Shown here: positions 8,451-17,013 of the stretch, in pieces | Layout: each line of letters begins with the position of its first letter | How positions within the stretch are numbered: position 1 is the first letter of the stretch | Virus record (IMG/VR): IMGVR_UViG_3300045988_096302 | Direction: 5' to 3' (one strand) | DNA from: a virus | Length of the DNA stretch: 60,112 bases | Position numbers and translations under genes: made by a program | Notes under the pieces: generated by a model | The model's database searches: none | Told to the model about the DNA's origin: nothing | The model's input: the letters and a program-made list of their open reading frames with translations, nothing else

Positions 8451-9734
8451 CTATTTATCATCAATAAAGCAATCAAACTTGCAATCCATAAGGTCACATC
8501 CACCTTTAATGAGAGGAATAGTTTCTACTTTCTTCTCAGGTTTAGGAGGAATTGTAGGCTTCTTAGGAGGTTGCTCATTAAATGGTTTAGGTTTGGTAGC
8601 ATTGTTCACAGGGGGTTGTTCAGTGAATGGAGGGAAAGGTGCTCTAATAATCTGCTCTCTTGTGTATACATTTTGGTGTCTATCCCCTGGATTACTTCCT
8701 CTTACCTCTACTTTCAAGTGAGTAAAGTTAGCAGGTAAGTTAGTGAATGTCTTATTCCACTTGATAGTTGATAGATGCCAGTTAGGCTCATAAGCAAGCT
8801 TTTGTGTATCAGCATGCTTAGCAAGTAGGATATCCTTTTGGACTACTGAGTAGTTGTTTCCTCCATCAGTAGAAGCATACACATCAAAGTACCAATCATA
8901 AGTACCACCATACTGAACATACCATCCTTGTAGTCTACCACCAACACCAGCCTCATAGGAGTATCCTAAGAGGTTTAATTGGATATCTACAATAGTTCCT
9001 TCATTATTCTTAGAAGTGAACCCAATACCTTGACCATAACCATTTCTGTGAGCTTCACTTAGGTCAATACCTTGGACACTACCATTAGGTGATCCACCCA
9101 TAGCAACATCTAGAGGTGCACCATTACGTTGGAATGTACCCCAAGCTTCTTGCCACTTAGTAGCTCCTCCTTGTTGGTTGTTACCTGCTTCATACTCACG
9201 TTTTCTTCTCTCATAATCAGCTTTTCTAGCATTGTAAGAAGCAAGAGCAGAAGCATAGTTAGAGTTACTATTATTATATGCTTGTAAGGCTCTTTCATAT
9301 TCAGCCTTTCTAGCATTATAACCATTTAGACTAGCCTGATAATCAGACTCAAGTCTTCTCTTCTCAGCTTCCCAATTTGATTGGTCAGGAGATGGTTTAC
9401 TAGCCTGATCTGAGTTGTACACACCAATAAATCTATTAACACTTTCAATTCTCTCAGCTAAACAGTGCTGTACTTCACAAACCTTCTGTGCTTTACGCTG
9501 TAAGCACTTCATACGTTTAATTATATCACAGATGATCTCAATAATGTTCTTGATATTACACCATATTCTGAAGAACCCATGTGCTGTATTTTCTTTTACT
9601 TTACACTCTTCTCCATTAGCAATAGCATCACCAGCCAACTTCACAGAGTCAGCTAGGTCATGCTTCATCTTCTCACATTCATGAGCTTTATAGAACTTTA
9701 TCCTGCATCTGCAATTAGGACAATACTCAAACAT
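8451..9734 (-). CDS. Cys-rich-N-terminus protein with Tyr-heptad helix, globular domain and Pro-rich segment
   Basis: RBS AGGAGG. N-terminal CPNCRC...WCNIKNIIEIICDIIKRMKC. Tyr at residues 132, 139, ... 181 (every 7th residue). PFPPFTEQPPVNNATKPKPFNEQPPKKPTIPPKPEKK lies near the C-terminus. Confidence 0.5.
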   Translation of the reverse strand: MFEYCPNCRCRIKFYKAHECEKMKHDLADSVKLAGDAIANGEECKVKENTAHGFFRIWCNIKNIIEIICDIIKRMKCLQRKAQKVCEVQHCLAERIESVNRFIGVYNSDQASKPSPDQSNWEAEKRRLESDYQASLNGYNARKAEYERALQAYNNSNSNYASALASYNARKADYERRKREYEAGNNQQGGATKWQEAWGTFQRNGAPLDVAMGGSPNGSVQGIDLSEAHRNGYGQGIGFTSKNNEGTIVDIQLNLLGYSYEAGVGGRLQGWYVQYGGTYDWYFDVYASTDGGNNYSVVQKDILLAKHADTQKLAYEPNWHLSTIKWNKTFTNLPANFTHLKVEVRGSNPGDRHQNVYTREQIIRAPFPPFTEQPPVNNATKPKPFNEQPPKKPTIPPKPEKKVETIPLIKGGCDLMDCKFDCFIDDK

Positions 9735-9742
9735 AGTGCCTC

Positions 9743-10618
9743 CTAGCAGTTATCACAGTCAATAACACATCCTTCAACTTTAGGAAGAGGTGAGTTGTTA
9801 TTTACATAGGTAGCTCTCACATCACTTGATGTAGGGTCATAATCCCACTGGTCAAGTGTCTTGAATAGCAAGATATCTCCTGTGCTACCTCCTTGAGGTC
9901 TAAGGACTGTTTCCTTACCAATAGAGATAGATCCAGGCTTATCAGTGAAGCTTGATCCTGCTTGATAAGATTTAGTCCATACAGTTCTTCCATTAGTATC
10001 TAGGATAGAGAAAGTAGCATTGTTTCCATAGCTTCCTCCATCACCAATGTATTTAACACCATCAAAGTCAACTCTAGATACATGGGCTTTAACAGATCCA
10101 TCTTCATTCATAGTGTACATGTGAGATACCTTACCAGTGATAGTACCTCTACCTACTTCTCTACCTGCATAAACCATATTCCACACAATAGCAAAGTCAC
10201 CATTTTGTTGAACAGTCACAGATGTGAAAGTGTCTCCATATCCAGCAGAATTGGCAGATGTACCTACACCTTTCATACCAAAGACAACATTCTCAAGCAT
10301 TTTTCCTTTAATGTGTTCCACAAGACCTGTGATTCTTTCATCCTGACACTTAGCAATAGAGCACAGCTTGTCTACCTTAGACTCTAAGCACTCTAGCTTA
10401 TTAAGGATGTAGCATAGCTGGTTAATGATATTCTTAAGAACACACCACACACCATAAAAGCCTCTTCTGATAGCCTCAGGTAGATTACACCATTCAGCCT
10501 TTAGAATAGCTCTCATTTTAGGTCTAATTTGAAGGTCATTAAGCTCTTGTAGCTTGGTACAGTCTCCAATACCTACATTCTCACAGGAGCAGTCCTTTTG
10601 TTTACAAATGTCTTCCAT
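9743..10618 (-). CDS. Cys-rich-N-terminus protein with beta-rich C-terminal domain (291 aa)
   Basis: RBS GGAGGA. N-terminal CKQKDCSC...WCVLKNIINQLCYILNKLEC belongs to the same family as 8451..9734. Confidence 0.5.
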   Translation of the reverse strand: MEDICKQKDCSCENVGIGDCTKLQELNDLQIRPKMRAILKAEWCNLPEAIRRGFYGVWCVLKNIINQLCYILNKLECLESKVDKLCSIAKCQDERITGLVEHIKGKMLENVVFGMKGVGTSANSAGYGDTFTSVTVQQNGDFAIVWNMVYAGREVGRGTITGKVSHMYTMNEDGSVKAHVSRVDFDGVKYIGDGGSYGNNATFSILDTNGRTVWTKSYQAGSSFTDKPGSISIGKETVLRPQGGSTGDILLFKTLDQWDYDPTSSDVRATYVNNNSPLPKVEGCVIDCDNC

Positions 10619-10627
10619 AGTTCCTCC

Positions 10628-10660
10628 AATAAAAATAGGGAGGGGATATACCCCACCCCC
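10628..10660 (-). terminator. rho-independent terminator immediately after the endolysin
   Basis: On the - strand, the GC-rich hairpin GGGGGTGGGGtatatCCCCTCCC is followed by TATTTTTATT. The RBS of the next gene follows directly. Confidence 0.6.
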
Positions 10661-12919
10661 TTAACCAAACAATAAGTGGTTTAAGTTCCAAGCAGAAAGC
10701 CAGATCTCTCCTGAAGTTCTAAGCTTGAATTTTCTCCAATAGTAGTTTCCATCTCCTACACCACCTACACCAGTATCACCAGTTGCAGTTTGGTCAAACA
10801 CAAAGTAGTCACCTACATGTGTCACTTGATTAGGAAGTTTAACACCATTCTTATCTGTGATAATGATATCCTCTACAGCAATACCATTATCTGTCCAGTT
10901 AAAGGCTACTGGTACAAGCTCTTTGCTGTATACTTGCCACAAACCATTGACATATTTAAGGTCATCTACTCGGTAAGCATGTTGCATCTTACCAGGAGCA
11001 GAAGGTTTAGGTGTAGCTTTAGAAGGAGTTACATATTCAGCACCTCTAGCCATAGCTACAAGTCTATCAATGTCAATTCCTCCTGGACAGTTACCTACAA
11101 TAGTAGTTCTACCATGTTGACGAATTAAGATTAAGCCTGATGTAACAGATACACAAGAAACCAATCTGTTTTGTTTTCTTTGTGCAGATTTAGCTAGAGT
11201 ACCTTTAGATGTCACACTTCTAGTAGCATTTGTGAAGTAAAGTCTGTTACCTTCTGTAGATGTTCTACTACCTGTGTTGTGGAGAGAAGCCACAGCTTGT
11301 ACCACATCAATGTTTTGTGATAGAGATGAGGAATAATCATTACCTGCTCTACATCCATCAAAATCTAAGATGTAGTCAAGGAAAAGTTTAGCTTGTCTAC
11401 TAGACATATTAAGAAATTCCCAAGAGAATTTTTTGTTGTCTAGATATTGTTCCACTTCTTCAACTTCTTCAGCTCCATAAATACGGAATGAGTAAGTACC
11501 ATCTTTCTTCTCAGCAAAGGTGTATTCTTTACCTAGCTCATCAAGGATATCATTAAGTAGCTCTACCTTTCTATCCTTCTTCACATGGAACTCAATACCG
11601 AAAGGTTTCTTTTCAGAAGTTCTGCTGTCATACATATAATGACCATCAGCTTGGACAGCTACAAGGTAACGTATGAAAGTATCTGATATAGGTAAACCTT
11701 CTGCTTCATAACTTCCTGCATTAGGGAATACTAGAGTACCTTTAGTAGAGAACATGTCTTTAGCTTCACTAACTTTGTAAGCTGTCCCTGATTGAGATTT
11801 CCACAACATTCTATGGTCAGAAGTGACTTCAACATCTCTGAAGAACCATGTATCCTTAGTATGAGGCTCTACTTTGTTGTACACTGTGTCAAAGATAATG
11901 CTTCCATCATCTAATCTGTATGTAGCAATTTCATCACCTACTTGGATATCTTTTAAGCTTACCCAACCTTGTTTAGTAAGGAGTTCAGTACCTTCAACAG
12001 GTAAACACGCTGTAGATGATACTTCACCGTGCTTCAGAATGTGTTGTCTATCAATAGGAATGTTGTAGCGTTCACAGATATCACGAATGAGCTTAGCAGA
12101 GTTTCTATAAGTTTCCTCAGCAATAGTCCATGTAGGAGCACCAGTATTATTCAAATGCTCAATACCAATAGAGCGTTGGTTCATTGGATAGTTTCCTGCA
12201 TGGTAAGCAACATAGTTCTCACCAACACATCCCCAGATCTTATCAGGAGTTACCTGGTAGTGAGCAGATGTCCCATGACCTGAAGAAACGTACCAAGTAT
12301 GTCTAGCCACAGCATCATTGGTAGTTGCATTGTGGTGAATAACAATTCTGTCGATCTTAACACGGTTTCCATCAGAGTTCATTGGGTTAGGGTCTACACC
12401 AGTAATAAGTCCTGAGTAGATTTCACCATTAATATTTTTAGCAGGTACAGCCACAGCAGTGTTTCCTCCTTGTGTTTTAGCTTGTGTAGCCTTCTTCTTA
12501 AGTCTGAAGGCTGTAGGATAAGTAGCAGAGTAAGGAAGCTTCACAAGGTTTGCAGAAGATCCTCCTGCTGGGTTAGTAAGTTGGCTTCCTTGGTTTTGAC
12601 CTAAGAACCATCCAAAACCTCCACCAGCATCACTATCAAACAATGCTACGTGAGATACAGGAGTCCATCCAGCTACCTCTTTAAAAACAGCCACATCTCC
12701 TTCTTCCATGATCTCTACTTCATCAAAGTACTTTAAGATACCATTAGTCCGTCTTTGTTCCCAAAGATCTTTTACGTAGCCTGACACAGTGCAGTTAGCA
12801 AAAGGTACTCCATTTTCTCTACACCATTGTGCATAAAAATCCCAGCATTGCCAGCCATAAGCACCATCTACATCTGTACCCTTATTCATCCACTTGGACT
12901 TAAAGGTTTTGTAGTCCAT
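10661..12919 (-). CDS. endolysin precursor: CHAP + Amidase_2 (interrupted by an intein) + SH3b-type cell-wall-binding domain
   Basis: CHAP: GWQCWDF...SHVALF. Amidase_2: IVIHHNAT...AYHAG...IGIEH...HILKHGEVSSTA / CPGG. C-terminal YYWRKFKLRTSGEIWLSAWNLNHL is SH3_5-like. The holin lies directly upstream. Confidence 0.9.
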   Translation of the reverse strand: MDYKTFKSKWMNKGTDVDGAYGWQCWDFYAQWCRENGVPFANCTVSGYVKDLWEQRRTNGILKYFDEVEIMEEGDVAVFKEVAGWTPVSHVALFDSDAGGGFGWFLGQNQGSQLTNPAGGSSANLVKLPYSATYPTAFRLKKKATQAKTQGGNTAVAVPAKNINGEIYSGLITGVDPNPMNSDGNRVKIDRIVIHHNATTNDAVARHTWYVSSGHGTSAHYQVTPDKIWGCVGENYVAYHAGNYPMNQRSIGIEHLNNTGAPTWTIAEETYRNSAKLIRDICERYNIPIDRQHILKHGEVSSTACLPVEGTELLTKQGWVSLKDIQVGDEIATYRLDDGSIIFDTVYNKVEPHTKDTWFFRDVEVTSDHRMLWKSQSGTAYKVSEAKDMFSTKGTLVFPNAGSYEAEGLPISDTFIRYLVAVQADGHYMYDSRTSEKKPFGIEFHVKKDRKVELLNDILDELGKEYTFAEKKDGTYSFRIYGAEEVEEVEQYLDNKKFSWEFLNMSSRQAKLFLDYILDFDGCRAGNDYSSSLSQNIDVVQAVASLHNTGSRTSTEGNRLYFTNATRSVTSKGTLAKSAQRKQNRLVSCVSVTSGLILIRQHGRTTIVGNCPGGIDIDRLVAMARGAEYVTPSKATPKPSAPGKMQHAYRVDDLKYVNGLWQVYSKELVPVAFNWTDNGIAVEDIIITDKNGVKLPNQVTHVGDYFVFDQTATGDTGVGGVGDGNYYWRKFKLRTSGEIWLSAWNLNHLLFG
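11090..12007 (-). mobile_element. 306-aa intein with LAGLIDADG homing-endonuclease core, inside the endolysin
   Basis: Block A is CLPVEGTELLT (Cys1 codon at 12005..12007) and block B is VTSDHRML. The LAGLIDADG motifs are LVAVQADGHY and ILDFDGCRAG. The C-terminus is ILIRQHGRTTIVGN followed by Cys+1 (Asn codon at 11090..11092). Removing it restores H-x7-C...CPGG. Confidence 0.85.
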
Positions 12920-12921
12920 GT

Positions 12922-13128
12922 TTACTCTCCTTGAGATTCATTATATTTTTTGCTTGAGATACCTAGCACAGTACCAGTGAAAGTGGTAAGTAATGCTAAA
13001 GTACCTGTGATAGCAGTTGAGTCAAATTTGTAGAGTGCTCCTAGCCCTGTAATCAAAGTGATTAAGGCTGGTGCAACTACAGTAACAAGCTTTTTGTATA
13101 AGTCATATTGTTTATTTGTTAAGTTCAT
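12922..13128 (-). CDS. holin (68 aa, two predicted TM helices)
   Basis: RBS AAGGAGG. Hydrophobic segments VVAPALITLITGLGALY and GTLALLTTFTGTVLGI with a charged C-terminus. It lies immediately upstream of the endolysin. Confidence 0.7.
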   Translation of the reverse strand: MNLTNKQYDLYKKLVTVVAPALITLITGLGALYKFDSTAITGTLALLTTFTGTVLGISSKKYNESQGE

Positions 13129-13138
13129 TTAGTCCTCC

Positions 13139-14104
13139 TTATTTCTTAAAGATACCTGGAATATTGATAATAATTCTCTTATTGAAGATGTTAGGGTTAG
13201 CTGTTAGAGACATCCTAATAGACCTACTGTTAGGATCAACCCATATAGAAGTATCCACATCTCCTACCCAAACCTGAGACTCAATAAGTGTTACTGGCAC
13301 AGGTGCATCATTAGGTAGTGTAGCCACAATAGTACTCTTAGCCACAGGAGACATAACCTTCATATCTACTTTAAGAATACCAACACCAGTAGAGCTTGAG
13401 TAAGTTAGTGTAATTCTAGGAGCATTAGGTCCTTCAAAGTCTCCTTCTTTGACCTTAGTCTTGTCTGTGAAAGTACCCTTATACACTGTAAGATCTGTAG
13501 CTTTATCCTCTTGATCTTTGACAAGCTTGTCTACTTCTTGCTTAGTATAAGTTTCAGCTTTCTTATAGAATTTGCCTAAAGCTTCATCTAGGTTCACATT
13601 GTAAGTAGTTGTAGAATCTGCTTCAGATTTAGTTACTACAACACCTTCAGTGTCACTAGTAACAACAAACTCTTTACCTACACCTACTGGGAGAGTCACA
13701 GAGTTTCCATTAGAGATGGATAGTTCATTTCCTGTGAGTGTAAGTGTTTGTTTATCACTATCTTCTTTATCCTCTAAAGCTGTAACCCTAGCTTTTAAGG
13801 CACTGTCATCATACACTGTGTCCTTATCTTCTTTTGCTTCTAAAGCTTTAACTCTCTCTTTGAGAGCAGTGTCATCATAAGCAATAGTAACAGTGTCCTT
13901 GTCATCAAACTCTACTTCACTAGAAGTTCCATCAACCCTAGTGTATTTGAGCTTAACTTTGTTACCTTCTCTAGACACAGTAACATCACTCACAAAATTG
14001 TCAGTCTTACCTTCTAAGGCTTTAATCCTATTGAGTACTTCTGTGTCATCATAGGTAGACCCTCCCTGATTTAGACAGCTAGGGTCAATTACTATCTTTA
14101 CCAT
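13139..14104 (-). CDS. fibre/receptor-binding-like protein upstream of the lysis cassette
   Basis: ATG at 14104 lies 7 nt after GAGGAG (the ORF-track start at 14110 is TTG). It shares the YDDTEVLNRIKALEGKTDNF... module and a DKQTLTLTGNELSISNGNSVTLP unit with the post-lysin fibre genes. Confidence 0.55.
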   Translation of the reverse strand: MVKIVIDPSCLNQGGSTYDDTEVLNRIKALEGKTDNFVSDVTVSREGNKVKLKYTRVDGTSSEVEFDDKDTVTIAYDDTALKERVKALEAKEDKDTVYDDSALKARVTALEDKEDSDKQTLTLTGNELSISNGNSVTLPVGVGKEFVVTSDTEGVVVTKSEADSTTTYNVNLDEALGKFYKKAETYTKQEVDKLVKDQEDKATDLTVYKGTFTDKTKVKEGDFEGPNAPRITLTYSSSTGVGILKVDMKVMSPVAKSTIVATLPNDAPVPVTLIESQVWVGDVDTSIWVDPNSRSIRMSLTANPNIFNKRIIINIPGIFKK

Positions 14105-14426
14105 TGGCAATCTCCTCTTCTACATGCCTTCTCATCTTCTCATTAAGACCATGAATGTAATGGTTTCCACCAAGGTCATTAAAGTATTCCTTCACAAGAG
14201 GTTCAGTCATATCCCACTTCTCTTGCCATGTAAACTCAGTAGAGTTATAGATGTTAAGATACTCTGAGCGTAAGCTAGCCCGTTTAGCACCCTTAGATAG
14301 CTCTACAAGCTGGTGTCTCTTGTGGTTAAGCCAAGCTACCCCACAACCGCAAGCTGTGGTCACAAAGAGTGTTATTCCTGAGATCACAGCTTGGTTTTCA
14401 AGGAGTTTTACAATTAATCTATCCAT
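14085..14426 (-). CDS. membrane protein (one TM), possible second holin/accessory lysis protein
   Basis: RBS GGAG. Contains the TM segment ISGITLFVTTACGCGVAWL. Confidence 0.35.
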   Translation of the reverse strand: MDRLIVKLLENQAVISGITLFVTTACGCGVAWLNHKRHQLVELSKGAKRASLRSEYLNIYNSTEFTWQEKWDMTEPLVKEYFNDLGGNHYIHGLNEKMRRHVEEEIANGKDSN

Positions 14427-14435
14427 TTAGCTCTC

Positions 14436-15938
14436 CTATAGTGTTTCAATGACAAAAGTATTGACAGGTTTATCTTTCTCAATAACCTCACCATTAGGTT
14501 TTGTTATCTTAATGTGAGAAGTGAAGATTGAAGTTCCTAGGTCTCTAGGAGAAAGTGAGTCTCCTATATGTTTAAGTTGAGTAATCTTGTATTCAACTTT
14601 ATATTTACTACTATCAGGTCTACCTTCATTTAGTCTGTCCTCATATTCTTTTCTTGTAGTTTCTTCAAACTGTTTGATAACACTTTCTGTGATTGCTTCT
14701 CCTTTATAGTTAAGTATTGTTAAGGTATTACCATCCATATTACCTACACCAAAGTTTTCTATTGAGACTAGCACTCCATTAAGGACTTCTTCAGGAGCTT
14801 CAGGTACAGCAGGTTCTTCTTGAGGAGCTTCTTCTGTGTGAGGTACATTATAAGTTTGCTCTGAAACTACACCATTCAGAGTAGTTCTTACATTCAATAC
14901 ATAGTTAGTCTTACCACTCAATACTTCTGAACCTTTTTCATACTTAGGTCCTTCAAGCACAGCTTCCACAGTAGTTCCTTCAGGTAACTTAGCCTTCAAG
15001 TCATTGATAATCTTATCTTCAAAGGCTCTCTTATCATCATTAGATACTTCAGGAACTTCAACTACTTGACCATCTTTAGCAATAATCTTAGAGAACTTAT
15101 CTTCTACTCTAGGAAGAGCCTCTAACAAGTCAATATTAGTTTCAGTAGTAGTACCAATACTCATAGGTTCAGACTGATAAACATCACCATTAGGTTTAGT
15201 GATCTTCACAACCTTAGTATAGAGAGGTGCACCTGTAGCTTTATCTCCTACATTATCACCAGGAATTTTATTGACTAATACTTCCACAGTATAGTCTTTA
15301 AGCTCAGGAATATCTCCTACTTTATCTGTGATCTCTTTCTTGTAAGCTTCAATATCCTCAAGAGGAGCATCACCAATTAAGGTAATAGTGTTGTTTTGAT
15401 TAACATAATAATTACCTAAAGTAGTATTAGTACTTAACTTACCTGACACAATAGTATCCAACTCTTCATTAGTAAGCACAGGTGTTGGAACAGGCTCAGG
15501 CTGTGGTTCAGGAGTAGGTTTATGTTCTTCAGGTATATTAGAGTTTTCTGTGCTAGAAGAAGCAGATTCAGATGTAGATACTGAAGTACTTTCACTAGTT
15601 GTAGTACTTTCTGTAGTTGACTCACTCACAGAAGTGGATTCAGCAGAAGTGCTCTCTGAAGTTGATTCAGAAGTAGATGCTTGACTTTCTGAGGTAGAGT
15701 TACTTTCACTAGTAGATTCTGACACAGAAGTGCTTTCAGAAACAGATGCAGAAACACTTCCACTTTGTGACTCAGGTTTTTTATCTTCCTCAGAAGATTC
15801 ACCACATTTAACAACAATTGTTTGTTCACACTTGGACTCTAGCATTTCACAAGTGGCTTTAGGAATAGGGCTAAAACCCTCATAAGTTGGATAGATAACT
15901 CCACAGAGCTTATCTTCTTCAGCTAATTTATAAGCCAT
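14436..15938 (-). CDS. structural protein with Ser/Thr/Glu-rich repeat tract and Pro-rich linkers (500 aa)
   Basis: RBS GGAG. Residues 57-130 are almost pure S/T/E (SESTSVSESTSESNSTSES...). The KITKPNG(D/E)V module is duplicated. Confidence 0.55.
   Translation of the reverse strand: MAYKLAEEDKLCGVIYPTYEGFSPIPKATCEMLESKCEQTIVVKCGESSEEDKKPESQSGSVSASVSESTSVSESTSESNSTSESQASTSESTSESTSAESTSVSESTTESTTTSESTSVSTSESASSSTENSNIPEEHKPTPEPQPEPVPTPVLTNEELDTIVSGKLSTNTTLGNYYVNQNNTITLIGDAPLEDIEAYKKEITDKVGDIPELKDYTVEVLVNKIPGDNVGDKATGAPLYTKVVKITKPNGDVYQSEPMSIGTTTETNIDLLEALPRVEDKFSKIIAKDGQVVEVPEVSNDDKRAFEDKIINDLKAKLPEGTTVEAVLEGPKYEKGSEVLSGKTNYVLNVRTTLNGVVSEQTYNVPHTEEAPQEEPAVPEAPEEVLNGVLVSIENFGVGNMDGNTLTILNYKGEAITESVIKQFEETTRKEYEDRLNEGRPDSSKYKVEYKITQLKHIGDSLSPRDLGTSIFTSHIKITKPNGEVIEKDKPVNTFVIETL
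15549..15770 (-). repeat. coding low-complexity (S-E-S-T)n tract
   Basis: About 74 codons of Ser/Thr/Glu with an irregular STSES periodicity. Confidence 0.85.
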
Positions 15939-15946
15939 ATTTTCTC

Positions 15947-17008
15947 CTATCTTACATAAACATCAATGGATGTTTTCTCATTGGTTAAGTAGGCTTTACC
16001 CTTAAAACCAAAAGGAGTGTCATAAAGTCTACCCTTAACATCACCCCAAGATGAAGGCACAGAAAGGATAATATGACCATCTTGGTCTGAAAGGAAGCCA
16101 TAAGCATTATAGCTCTTATTCACATTTACACTTGTAGGGAAGTTGTTACCTGAGGAATAAGTCCACTCATAACCACTATATTCTACCCTACCTAGTGATA
16201 TAAATTGAGCCAAAGTGTAGATCTGTTGAGTACCCGACTGATCTAGTCCATCACTAGTCTTATCTGAAAACTTGTCATAGCCATTAGCCTTCTCAACTTC
16301 TTTCTTACCTGGCTCTTTGTCTTGCTTAGAGTACTCAGTTTTCTCTTTTACAGCAGATTTAGGAAGGTAGCCAACAGTACCATTGTACTTATCATAGATA
16401 AGCCATTCACCACTGATCTTACCTGTAACCTTGTTACATTTATAAAAGGTATCAAGCACAGTGTTGTCACCATTACCTTTAATACCTTCAACCTTGTCCA
16501 CTACAATCTCATAGAAAGTTCTTTGTACTCCACCACTCTTCTTAGGTTTACCTGCATCAGCACTAGTACCACTAGACCCATCAGGAGTATAGTTATCTTG
16601 TCCTCTAATTCTAACAATCCTAAGAATAGTTGCTCCATAGCCTGTAATAGTTCTTGTGTGCTCAATTACATGTGTGATACCATTGAAGTTTTGCTCAATA
16701 ACTCTAGCATTATTTACTCCACCTCCACCATACACAAGAGTGTGTCCATAGGGAGTGCTTGGTTCATTGGTAGAAATGATATCACCCACTTTAAGTTGGG
16801 ATTCATTTGAGTAAGGAATAACATCAGCAAAGCTACTTACATCATTACCTATACCAATCTGATTACCATTACCTAGTAAAGACCCACCAAATTGTTGAGC
16901 TACCCAATTCACAAGGTCTACACACTGGTAGGGTTGACTAGGAGGAAAGCCATCAACATCAATGGATTGTCCCACTACACGCTGTGCAACTTGGTAAGCA
17001 TTTGTCAT
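15947..17008 (-). CDS. virion-associated CHAP-domain peptidoglycan hydrolase
   Basis: N-terminal PYQCVDLVNW (catalytic Cys) and PYGHTLVY (His). It lies within the tail module. Confidence 0.65.
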   Translation of the reverse strand: MTNAYQVAQRVVGQSIDVDGFPPSQPYQCVDLVNWVAQQFGGSLLGNGNQIGIGNDVSSFADVIPYSNESQLKVGDIISTNEPSTPYGHTLVYGGGGVNNARVIEQNFNGITHVIEHTRTITGYGATILRIVRIRGQDNYTPDGSSGTSADAGKPKKSGGVQRTFYEIVVDKVEGIKGNGDNTVLDTFYKCNKVTGKISGEWLIYDKYNGTVGYLPKSAVKEKTEYSKQDKEPGKKEVEKANGYDKFSDKTSDGLDQSGTQQIYTLAQFISLGRVEYSGYEWTYSSGNNFPTSVNVNKSYNAYGFLSDQDGHIILSVPSSWGDVKGRLYDTPFGFKGKAYLTNEKTSIDVYVR

Positions 17009-17013
17009 ATCAA

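Noticed and set aside
15434-15829. Two - strand ORFs (63 and 67 aa) in alternative frames of the Ser-rich tract.
   Set aside because: They are frame-shifted readings of the low-complexity (SES)n coding repeat inside a 500-aa gene.
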